DNA of 32,000 nucleotides from Erysipelotrichaceae bacterium MTC7. GTDB taxonomy: Bacteria; Bacillota_I; Bacilli_A; Erysipelotrichales; Erysipelotrichaceae. The stretch is taken from NCBI GenBank assembly GCA_001695645.1, contig LVZN01000001.1:249766-281765 (forward strand). The letters are read 5' to 3'. Below are positions 15,297 to 23,541 of this stretch, one piece after another. The notes below the pieces were generated by a model. It was not told the DNA's origin. It did not search any database and saw nothing but the letters and a program-made list of their open reading frames with translations. Each line of letters starts with the position of its first letter. Position 1 is the stretch's first letter. The translations under genes were made by a program, and so were the position numbers.

Positions 15297-18200
15297 TTAT
15301 CTTATTTTCTTTGATTTCTTTCTTCTAAGCATTAAAATACTTGAACCAGATAGACCTAGTAAACATAGAATAAATTCTGTACCCATTACTGAAGTACCCG
15401 TATTTATCGATCCGTCATCTCCATTTGCATCGATTGATGGTAGTTCTTCATTCGGATCAACTTCTGTCCCTGGTTTATCTTCAATTAATACTAACTGCCC
15501 CATGGCTTGTTGCAATTGCGCAATTGCTTCTTCAATATCTTTTGATGAAGTCGGATTTTCAAGTAATACCTTTGCATTTTCTAAAGCTTCTTTAAACGCT
15601 TCTTGTCCTTCTTCTTTATATTGACTTAAGTCAATTTTTTCCGCCTCTTTAACAAGTTCTGCTAAGTTCGTAACATCTGGTATTAATTCCAGATTATCAA
15701 AAGCTTCTTGTAAGTTACTAACTGCTTCATCAACTTCAGTTTGTGTAAGCGATACGCTTGCTTGTACTTTTCTTGCAGCATCTAGACATGATAAGAATCT
15801 TTCCCGACCTTCTTCAAAATATAAATCGAGATTTACTTCACTCATTTCATTGATAATTTGGTCGAGTTCGGATTTATCTAGGACTGTCAACTTAGCATTT
15901 GCATCAAGAAGTTTATCATAAGCCTCTTTATATTGTGCATATGGACTACCTTCTGGTATTGCTTTTGCTACAGATAATGCTTCCTGTAAAACCTTATAGC
16001 TATCACTTGTGTATCCATCCTCTTTTATTGCTGAAAGCTCATCAACTAAGTCACTTAATTCACCAACTATCTTTAATTCCAGAGTTTCTATAGTCTTTTC
16101 TAATGCCTTTTGACTATAGCGAACATCACTTTGTAATGCATCATCACTATTTAATACATCAAGTGCATCTTTCATAGCTGTAACAAATGGCTTTACGCTT
16201 ATCTCAGTATACAATTCTTTATTTTCAAGAATACTTAAACTATCATCATACAATTTTTGTAGTTCAGTTTTATTTAACTCCTCATAAAACTCGAAGTAAT
16301 CAAGATTCGCAACGTAAGGATTGTTTGAGTCAGCTCTCATCGTGAAGAAGATTGTATGATCTCCTTTTATTTTCTCAGTAAGTTTTACTGAAGCAACTTC
16401 ATAACTATTCCAATTGGTTCCAGTAGCAGGAAGTTGAATTACATCGATTGGTTCATTGTCAAGCGAGTCTAAACGCACTTCAAGTCTAGCATTTTCACCA
16501 CAACGATTTGAGTTATTCACATATCTTACTCTAATTTCATGTAAACCATCATGTGTAAATGCTAGATTTTCAAAAGCTAACCATGCTCCATCGTATGATC
16601 CTCCAACATTTACTAAAGAGTTATTATTCGTATCCGTACTGTTTTCAATTTTTAAATTTCCAGCACTCCAATTAGAATATTTTTCTGCTTCGAAGCGTTC
16701 GTATGACTGTGATTCCTTAAATTGCATGTAGTCGATATTGGCAATATATGGCTTGTCTACACTAGTTGTTCCATGCATGACAAAATAAATATCATATACG
16801 CCATCTAGTTTCACGTCGTCATTAATTTTTTCTTTAGCAATTGTATAGTTACCCCAACCACTATCATTGGGTTTTAGTTCTACAGTTGCTAAAAGTTCTC
16901 CATCGACCGCGTCTTTTCTTACTTCAACGCGACTATCTGGTGCGCATCTTCCAGAGTTATTTACATATCGGATATCTATCGTATCAATCAATTGCTGTTC
17001 GAAATCCAAAGATTCAAATTTTATCCACGCTCCATCATATGTTCCTCCGATGTTCATAGATTCATTTTTCAATCCATTTGCAGACCAGTCATCACTTTTT
17101 TCTGCTTCAATACGAACCAAAGCATTTGTACTTCCTTTCAATTTATCCATTGCATTTGTGATACTTAAATATGCATCTTGAATCTCTTTTTCAGAAGCAT
17201 TTTCATCACCCAAAACTTGCTTACCATTTTCTATTGTATCTAGTAATTTATTGTATGTCGAAGTTGTGTAAACCCCTTCCTTTATACTTTCAGCTGTTTT
17301 TATCGCATTTTCAAGTTTCGCTTTGTAATTGTTGTAGAAATCAATGACTAAAGAACTCATTCCTGTTCTAAAACTATTTTGAATAGAGCTTGCTTTACCA
17401 TTCGTAAATGCTTGATCTTTGAACTCAATAGAAATATCTCTGTCAATATTATGTTCTTTTGCATTTCCATTAAAACTTAATACTACAGTCTTTTCGGATG
17501 TCTTTTTTAATAAAGGTGTCAAACCTTCCGGAACATTATTAATTTTCACCTTCTCAGTTGCAATAAAGTCTTCACCAATTTCTCCGGTAAATTCTGTTGT
17601 TCCTTTTATCGTGATAGTTGTTGTATCCAAAATCGAACCATTATCCTTGTTGCTTTCGGTTAAGAAATCACTGCTGTAATTTAAAGCATCATCCTGAAAC
17701 ATTACTTTAATATTGTCACGTTTTTTGTAGACACTTAAAAGTGGTGAATTTACTGCACTATCTTTTATCTCTATGGTTAAATTTCCAATACTATCATTTA
17801 GTCCATGTTTCTTTGCCTGACCATGTAAGGAAATTTCTACTTTCTGAGGAGTAGTTATAATTGCTTTTGCACTCAATCCTTCTGGTAAGTTAGTAATTGC
17901 AATTTTCCCTTGTGCATATAAATCTTCACCTATATTACCTTCATAATTGAGGCTAGTTAATTCAACTTCTATTTTATCTTCAAAAGTTCCTTTATTTAAA
18001 TCTGATTCCTCAAACATACTTTTCGAATAAATAACCTCATCATCTCTAAGTTGACTCGTACTAACATTATCGCTGCTTGATTTTGCTGGTATTCCGTCTT
18101 CAGCCCAAGTTGAAGGACTGTCACCCATTTCAAACTTTAATACTCCACCCCTTGTGATTTCTGCATAATCTATCCATGAACGATCTAAGGAATCGCCATT

Positions 18201-20453
18201 TAATGTTGCAGATTGAATGTAGAAGTTATCCTCTGAGACGTTGTTCGCTTCAATTGTAAATGTTTTCCCATCACCTACATCTAGAGTAACTTTTTCAAAG
18301 AATGGCGAACCAATTTGAAATGATGTATCTCCTGGAGTCATTGGATATATACCCATTGCTGCCGCCACATACATAGATGCCATAGTACCAGCATCATCAT
18401 CCATCGTTTCTAAAAATCCTGATGGATCTAGTTTATATGCATAATCATAAATTGGTGGATTAAATTCTCCTGTTCCACTATATCTGTTCCAAGTTTGCTT
18501 TGAATAAATTTGTCTTACCCAATACTGTGTTCTACTTGGTTTTCCAGCATAATTAAATAGGTATGGAGTATGCAAGTCTATTTCATTTGTGTTTGTATGC
18601 AACATAGCTTTCCCATTGTCTGGATCTTGTTCTCCATACAATCTTGATAATGCTTTGAGCATGTTTTCCTTACCACCCATAAGATTTTGTAACCCATTCA
18701 CATCATTCGAATCATACCAAGTATATTGCCATAGCGTTCCTTGGTAAAGTCCGTTATCGCCATAACGCTCTGGATCTGCATGCTTCCAGTTTCCACTACC
18801 ATCTTTCGGCCACAATAGACCAATATTATCTCCATTCTCTAATGTTACTGCATCTTCTTTGAACAAATTCATATAGTTAAATGAACGATTCAAGAAATAT
18901 GTAGCTTCATCTTCAAGACCTAAAGAATCTGCGATTAATGAGATAGCCCAATCGTCATATGCATATTCGACAGTTCTATCAACTCGATCTTTAATATATC
19001 CAAGTGACTCTGCTTCCTGATTTATCGCATCATTTGCAATAGCTTTTACTTTTTCATAAGCCACTGGCAAATTGTCGATGTCTGTGAAACCTTTAGCAAC
19101 TGCATCTGCTAATAAAGCAACTGCATGTTCATTCCGGACTGTTGGGATTGGTTGCGTATTATTCCCCCAAGTAGAGATTCCAGTTTCTAGTGCATCTGCA
19201 ATAGATCGAACCATATCTTTATATTCATCAGGCATAACTAAACCAATCATCGGATATTTACGGTAATCATCCCATAATGTCCAAGAGTCGTAATGTGTAT
19301 AGTCAGACGCTTCATAGATATTTGTATCCGTGCCACGATATGTATTACTTGTACTTGTCGCATTCACTGGTGTTGTAAACATATGATATAAATGAGTATA
19401 AAATAATTTTTTTAATCTTCCATCTGGATCACTGGTTTTTGAGTTTTCTACTTTAATTTTCCCAAGCACTTCATTCCAACTTGCATCTGCATCTGTCCGT
19501 GTTTTTTCAAAATCCCATTCTGGCACTTCTGTGTGCATATCAATCTTTGCTTGCTCGCTACTAATTGGGGAAATACTTACTTTCACTTCAACAGACTCGT
19601 TAGCTTCAACATTAAAGTTTAGAATCGCTCCCAAATCATTACCTGTCTGTGAAGTCTTTTTGGATAACTTATTATCATTCCACGTTTTTACACTTTCAGT
19701 TTCTCTGTTCGTTTCAAGATAAAAGTACATTGTATATTTTCCATGACCACTTACATTTTTTCCGCTAAATCTTCCGGAAATAGTTGTTTTATTACCTGCT
19801 TCTTCCACAACATCTAATATTGCATCTCTAATATCAGTTCCATGATAGGTATAGTTTAAATCAACTAGTAAACTCACTTCGCCTTCTTTTGGAAACGTAT
19901 ATTTATGATATCCAGTTCGAACATCACTCGTCATTTCCGCTTTTATTTTTCCAATCGACGCATCGTCTTTAACATTACTATTTGTACCACTTTTCGCTAA
20001 TAATTCTACTCCATAATATCCCGGATGTGCTTCCTCATCTTGCTTCTCATATTTCAATGCTCTTGATTCCGCACCAGGTCTAGTTGTGTAATCTACGTAC
20101 GTAGGAGAAATAAGCACATCTCCACCTGCACCTTGCCCACCGACTCCTTCTATTCTGGTATGAGAAAATCCTTGAATATACTTTTTAGAGTAATCATACC
20201 CAGCGTGATCATTTGTTTCATGTGGATATGTATCTGGACTTAATTTCACAAGTCCATTTGGTGCAACACTTCCAGGGAATAACTGACCATAGTCAACTTC
20301 TGTCCCCACAAAAGGGTCCACGTATTGTGTAAAATTCTCCTCACTTTCATTTGCCTTTACTTTAAATTCTGATGCCGTTCCAAAAACCAAGCACGTCATC
20401 GCCATAACCAAAGTTAAAGCACTTTTCAAAACCTTCATTGCTTTTGACTTCAT
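15297..20453 (-). CDS. secreted, C-terminally anchored multi-modular GH92-family alpha-mannosidase (1718 aa): signal peptide, GH92, two Ig-like modules of unknown function, FIVAR-like unit, two CBM6/35-like modules, ~5 divergent FIVAR-like repeats, TM/basic tail
   Basis: RBS GGAGGAG. Signal peptide MKSKAMKVLKSALTLVMAMTCLVFG. Glyco_hydro_92N-type motifs VDPFVGT..GQLFPGSVAPNGLVKLSPDT and GFSHTRIEGVGGQGAGGDVLISP. Catalytic-domain motifs YAYDDWAISLIA, GTLWQYTWYDSNDVNGL, NEIDLHTPYLFNYAGKPSRTQ, and MDDDAGTMASMYVAAAMGIYP (18361..18405). The C-terminus is FILCLLGLSGSSILML-RRKKSKKIR. Confidence 0.88.
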   Translation of the reverse strand: MKSKAMKVLKSALTLVMAMTCLVFGTASEFKVKANESEENFTQYVDPFVGTEVDYGQLFPGSVAPNGLVKLSPDTYPHETNDHAGYDYSKKYIQGFSHTRIEGVGGQGAGGDVLISPTYVDYTTRPGAESRALKYEKQDEEAHPGYYGVELLAKSGTNSNVKDDASIGKIKAEMTSDVRTGYHKYTFPKEGEVSLLVDLNYTYHGTDIRDAILDVVEEAGNKTTISGRFSGKNVSGHGKYTMYFYLETNRETESVKTWNDNKLSKKTSQTGNDLGAILNFNVEANESVEVKVSISPISSEQAKIDMHTEVPEWDFEKTRTDADASWNEVLGKIKVENSKTSDPDGRLKKLFYTHLYHMFTTPVNATSTSNTYRGTDTNIYEASDYTHYDSWTLWDDYRKYPMIGLVMPDEYKDMVRSIADALETGISTWGNNTQPIPTVRNEHAVALLADAVAKGFTDIDNLPVAYEKVKAIANDAINQEAESLGYIKDRVDRTVEYAYDDWAISLIADSLGLEDEATYFLNRSFNYMNLFKEDAVTLENGDNIGLLWPKDGSGNWKHADPERYGDNGLYQGTLWQYTWYDSNDVNGLQNLMGGKENMLKALSRLYGEQDPDNGKAMLHTNTNEIDLHTPYLFNYAGKPSRTQYWVRQIYSKQTWNRYSGTGEFNPPIYDYAYKLDPSGFLETMDDDAGTMASMYVAAAMGIYPMTPGDTSFQIGSPFFEKVTLDVGDGKTFTIEANNVSEDNFYIQSATLNGDSLDRSWIDYAEITRGGVLKFEMGDSPSTWAEDGIPAKSSSDNVSTSQLRDDEVIYSKSMFEESDLNKGTFEDKIEVELTSLNYEGNIGEDLYAQGKIAITNLPEGLSAKAIITTPQKVEISLHGQAKKHGLNDSIGNLTIEIKDSAVNSPLLSVYKKRDNIKVMFQDDALNYSSDFLTESNKDNGSILDTTTITIKGTTEFTGEIGEDFIATEKVKINNVPEGLTPLLKKTSEKTVVLSFNGNAKEHNIDRDISIEFKDQAFTNGKASSIQNSFRTGMSSLVIDFYNNYKAKLENAIKTAESIKEGVYTTSTYNKLLDTIENGKQVLGDENASEKEIQDAYLSITNAMDKLKGSTNALVRIEAEKSDDWSANGLKNESMNIGGTYDGAWIKFESLDFEQQLIDTIDIRYVNNSGRCAPDSRVEVRKDAVDGELLATVELKPNDSGWGNYTIAKEKINDDVKLDGVYDIYFVMHGTTSVDKPYIANIDYMQFKESQSYERFEAEKYSNWSAGNLKIENSTDTNNNSLVNVGGSYDGAWLAFENLAFTHDGLHEIRVRYVNNSNRCGENARLEVRLDSLDNEPIDVIQLPATGTNWNSYEVASVKLTEKIKGDHTIFFTMRADSNNPYVANLDYFEFYEELNKTELQKLYDDSLSILENKELYTEISVKPFVTAMKDALDVLNSDDALQSDVRYSQKALEKTIETLELKIVGELSDLVDELSAIKEDGYTSDSYKVLQEALSVAKAIPEGSPYAQYKEAYDKLLDANAKLTVLDKSELDQIINEMSEVNLDLYFEEGRERFLSCLDAARKVQASVSLTQTEVDEAVSNLQEAFDNLELIPDVTNLAELVKEAEKIDLSQYKEEGQEAFKEALENAKVLLENPTSSKDIEEAIAQLQQAMGQLVLIEDKPGTEVDPNEELPSIDANGDDGSINTGTSVMGTEFILCLLGLSGSSILMLRRKKSKKIR
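16283..17117 (-). repeat. tandem duplication of a ~139-aa CBM6/35-like module inside the 1718-aa GH92 gene
   Basis: R(I/F)EAEK...W(S)A..LK.E......(I/V)GG(T/S)YDGAW(I/L).FE.L.F........I.(I/V)RYVNNS.RC......EVR.D.........(V/I)(E/Q)L......W..Y.........(K/I).....(D/H).(I/T).F.M........PY(I/V)AN(I/L)DY..F occurs twice with a 417-nt period (starts ~17114 and ~16697). Confidence 0.75.
17340..18038 (-). repeat. two tandem ~115-aa Ig-like modules of unassigned family inside the 1718-aa GH92 gene
   Basis: Shared pattern G(N/E)IGED(L/F).A..K(I/V).I.N(L/V)PEGL(S/T)..........(K/T)V.(I/L)S..G.AK(K/E)H......(I/L)(T/S)IE(I/F)KD.A. Boundary near 17700. Confidence 0.55.
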
Positions 20454-20515
20454 AATACTCCTCCGCCTAATTTAACTTTCTTCTTTTTACTTTTCCAATA
20501 GCCCTTTACATTTTT

Positions 20516-20574
20516 AATCTACCATATCGTCACGATCTTTAAAGATTCGAATTTTGTAAAATAATGTTACAAAA
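20516..20574 (-). promoter_or_regulatory. promoter (extended -10 TGgTAGATT, weak -35) plus palindromic operator for the 1718-aa GH92 gene
   Basis: -10 at 20516..20521 (minus strand). Operator TTTTGTAA-aataatg-TTACAAAA at 20552..20574 (perfect 8+8), 30 nt upstream of the -10. The flank AAGAT.CGAATTTTGTAAA resembles the flank AAGATAGAATTTTCGTAAA at 12831. Confidence 0.6.
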
Positions 20575-20703
20575 AGTAACCCCTTACAGTTCGATCAAAT
20601 TTACATTCGTATTCCAAAATGAATCCAACTTATTTACATGTTCTCGTATAAAACAACTATAAATCGAATATTTAACTTTAAATTACAATCCCTGCTGGCA
20701 TTT

Positions 20704-20748
20704 AAAAAAAACACCCCCTTGTCAAGTGATTCCTGACATTTGGAGGTG
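20704..20748 (-). terminator. intrinsic terminator after the PRD regulator gene
   Basis: Minus strand CACCTCC, a loop with an inner TGTCA/TGACA pairing, then GGGGGTG followed by T8. Confidence 0.65.
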
Positions 20749-20768
20749 CTAATTGCAATCTTAAATTT

Positions 20769-22814
20769 TTAGTTATTTTGATCTGCTATGTATTCACATT
20801 CAAGTAACAAATCATAAAGTTCATCTGTATTGTCACACATTTTTGCCTTATTGATAAAATCCGTTTGTTTAACCATTCGTATTAAACTGATAACTGCTGG
20901 TATGTGTTCTCGTTTATCTATACTGGCCAAGCAGAAAATTAGATTGACGCCTTTATCATCAAAAAATACTTTCTTTTTATTTACAATCAACGACATGCCG
21001 GTTCTATTTACACCTGCGGTGTGATCACCATGTAAAAGCGAAAACATGTCATCTGTAATTGCATAGAATCCCATATTTTTCATCGTTTCTATAATATTCA
21101 TTTCGTAGATTGTACTAATATAGTTATTATCAATCAGTATCTTGGCACTCTCGTGTACAGCTTCTTCCCACTCCATATCTTGCTCTACAAGACTTACCAT
21201 ATTTCTCGTTAAGATGTCACTTAACTTGTTAATCTTTGTGGGTTGTGCGGTTTCATGCAATCCCAGTCCAGATTGTATAACTTGTAAAACCTTTAATCGA
21301 TCTGTATCATTCAAAAAATCCAGGTTCTTATTGATTGTATAATAATTCTTTAGAATACTCTTCTTGGGAATTCCCAGCTTGTCAATTTTATTGTAATCCT
21401 CCTCTTTAAATATAGGATTCACCAATATTACTTTTTTGGGCACAAAAGTGTCAATTCTTGAAGCACTGATAACCATATCAACTTCATCCCATCGCATAAA
21501 TGTATCTAACTTGTAGACGGGAATGATATCAACAACTTGAATTTGATATTGTGTAATTAGAGATTCTTTCATTAGCATCGTTGTGCCATAGCCAAAACCA
21601 CACACCAATAAGACTCTTTTTATCATTGTTTGTTGTGTACGTTTGATACTAGCAATAAAATGGATTGTCAAATATGTAATTTCATCTTCGTTCTGAATTG
21701 TATTAAGAATATCAATATTCTTAATAACGCGACAGACAAGTTCATAAATCTCTAGTTCTTTAGTCGACAACAGCGACAATGATCCATCACTCATCGATAC
21801 ATTCCCTTCTAAACGAACTAACAAATACTCCATATGATTCATCAATCCTTCAAACAAAATAGAATCATTGTCGAAAGGTATTTGTGTTTGTAAAGCCATA
21901 TCACGTATCAAATGTCGAACAATTTTTTCAACTTGATCTATGTTAATTGCACGCCTGTAGTGATTGTATTTATGTGTGTAGTTAAAAGCTCTAACGATAA
22001 TTTTACGCAACTTGGGAGAAATGTTCTTTCCAACGATCAACTCCAAATCCTTTAGCGGTTCTTCAAACACACTTAAATCAAATCCATTGATGGCATTTAC
22101 CTCCATGGGATGCTCACGATTGTGTTCGACATGCCATAAAACAATGAAAATATTCGCGACAAACCATTGATACGATTCATCTGTAATTGTATAATTCATT
22201 GATTCCAACAATTCATTAAACCACTGTATGATGTGTTTTGGATTAACCTTGCCCAATCCCTCACATATGATCGATTTCGCATTTAACTCAAACAAATTTA
22301 ACTCTGTATCAATTTTTTGAAACACATAAATATATTGCTTTAGTTGATCAATGGAAAATTCCAATACATCAATCGGTGTACCATCAATAAAAAAAGCATT
22401 TTTATATACAATTTCTAAGCGATGTTCTCGAAAATTGGTATTTAAAATGTTCAAGTCATTCTTTATGGTTGATCTCGATACCTGGAAATGGTCTGAAAAA
22501 CGATTTAACTTGAACTCTGTTGGATTCATAATTAATAATAAGCAAAGTAAGTCAATACGTTCTTTTTGCGAATAAACAAATTCAGAATCATCTTCTAACT
22601 CAAGTAAATTAAAATCCTTTGGTACAATTAATTTTCCTTTGGATTGTTTTTCTATTTGGTCATAATGTCGTTCAGAAAGCAATTCGTTAATTCGAACAAT
22701 ATCATATCGTACCAGCCGTTCCCCTAAGTCTAATGATGTAGCAATGTCTTTGTAACTCGTAACATGATTATTTTCCAAATATCCGATGATTTTGATCATT
22801 CTGGCGGTTAACAT
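20769..22814 (-). CDS. PRD-domain transcriptional activator of the ManR/MtlR/LicR type (HTH - Mga-like HTH - PRD1 - PRD2 - EIIB(Gat)-like - EIIA(Mtl/Fru)-like)
   Basis: 681 aa. N-terminal wHTH (IIGYLENNHVTSYKDIATSLDLGERLVRYDI), then a second HTH (FSDHFQVSRSTIKNDLNILN). His-containing PRD-like helices (NHMEYLL, LTIHFIASI). EIIB-like RVLLVCGFGYGTTMLMKE with a Cys. C-terminal EIIA_2-like domain (FSLLHGDH). RBS GAGGGGGAG. Confidence 0.8.
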   Translation of the reverse strand: MLTARMIKIIGYLENNHVTSYKDIATSLDLGERLVRYDIVRINELLSERHYDQIEKQSKGKLIVPKDFNLLELEDDSEFVYSQKERIDLLCLLLIMNPTEFKLNRFSDHFQVSRSTIKNDLNILNTNFREHRLEIVYKNAFFIDGTPIDVLEFSIDQLKQYIYVFQKIDTELNLFELNAKSIICEGLGKVNPKHIIQWFNELLESMNYTITDESYQWFVANIFIVLWHVEHNREHPMEVNAINGFDLSVFEEPLKDLELIVGKNISPKLRKIIVRAFNYTHKYNHYRRAINIDQVEKIVRHLIRDMALQTQIPFDNDSILFEGLMNHMEYLLVRLEGNVSMSDGSLSLLSTKELEIYELVCRVIKNIDILNTIQNEDEITYLTIHFIASIKRTQQTMIKRVLLVCGFGYGTTMLMKESLITQYQIQVVDIIPVYKLDTFMRWDEVDMVISASRIDTFVPKKVILVNPIFKEEDYNKIDKLGIPKKSILKNYYTINKNLDFLNDTDRLKVLQVIQSGLGLHETAQPTKINKLSDILTRNMVSLVEQDMEWEEAVHESAKILIDNNYISTIYEMNIIETMKNMGFYAITDDMFSLLHGDHTAGVNRTGMSLIVNKKKVFFDDKGVNLIFCLASIDKREHIPAVISLIRMVKQTDFINKAKMCDNTDELYDLLLECEYIADQNN

Positions 22815-22838
22815 ATATACTCCCCCTCATTTAGTCAT

Positions 22839-22898
22839 ATTCTAGTACGCATTGTGCACTTATGTCAGTTACATGTTTTGTAAAAAACTTTTACAAAA
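22839..22898 (-). promoter_or_regulatory. promoter (CTGACA / TAGAAT) plus perfect palindromic operator upstream of the regulator gene (autoregulation candidate)
   Basis: -10 TAGAAT at 22839..22844 (minus strand). Operator TTTTGTAA-aaaactt-TTACAAAA at 22876..22898 (arms extend to a perfect 10+10, TTTTGTAAAA/TTTTACAAAA), 31 nt upstream of the -10. Confidence 0.6.
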
Positions 22899-22977
22899 TA
22901 AATCCTTCCCGCTTTCCATCCATTACATATTATAGCGTGAACTAAACGAATAAAACACACTTTTTCTATTAAACACG

Positions 22978-23005
22978 ATAAAAAAACACAGATTCCCACT
23001 GTGTT
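22978..23005 (-). terminator. intrinsic terminator after the nitroreductase gene (end of the metG operon)
   Basis: Minus strand AACACAG-TGGGAAT-CTGTGTT followed by TTTTT, immediately after the stop codon. Confidence 0.75.
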
Positions 23006-23521
23006 TTATACTCTGATAATGTAATCTTTTTTTCGTTCTGGCATCTCCGGTGTTTCACCAGCTTGATACCCAATTGCCATCGCCGATACACTTATCATGT
23101 TATCTGGCAACCCCCATGCATACATGAGTTGTTTTCCTTCCATTTGATTGAATATCTCTTTTGGCATATGTACCCAACAAGAAGCAAGTCCAGCAGCTGT
23201 TGCTGCATTCATCATATTCATTTGTGCGGCTACAGCATTTTCAAGTGCCGCGTAGCGACGTTTTGGCACAAAGACAATAACAATGGTTGGTGCTCCATAA
23301 AATGGATCCTTGTCGCTCCCTAAACTTTTCAATTCAACGACTGCATCTCGGTAAATTTGACTTTGAACAGCAACAATTACTGGTGTTTGTTCATTCATTG
23401 CTGATGGTGCTAACACCCCCGCTTTTAATACTGCATCCAGTTGTTCGTTTGTAATCTGATCCTGTTTAAATTCACGAATACTTCTTCTTTGATAAATCAG
23501 TTGTAACGCTTCTTTATTCAT
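23006..23521 (-). CDS. nitroreductase family protein
   Basis: 171 aa. The N-terminal RRSIREF motif and the fold-typical PSAMNEQ segment are present. RBS GGGGGA. Confidence 0.8.
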   Translation of the reverse strand: MNKEALQLIYQRRSIREFKQDQITNEQLDAVLKAGVLAPSAMNEQTPVIVAVQSQIYRDAVVELKSLGSDKDPFYGAPTIVIVFVPKRRYAALENAVAAQMNMMNAATAAGLASCWVHMPKEIFNQMEGKQLMYAWGLPDNMISVSAMAIGYQAGETPEMPERKKDYIIRV

Positions 23522-23541
23522 CCTATCCCCCTATGTTTATC

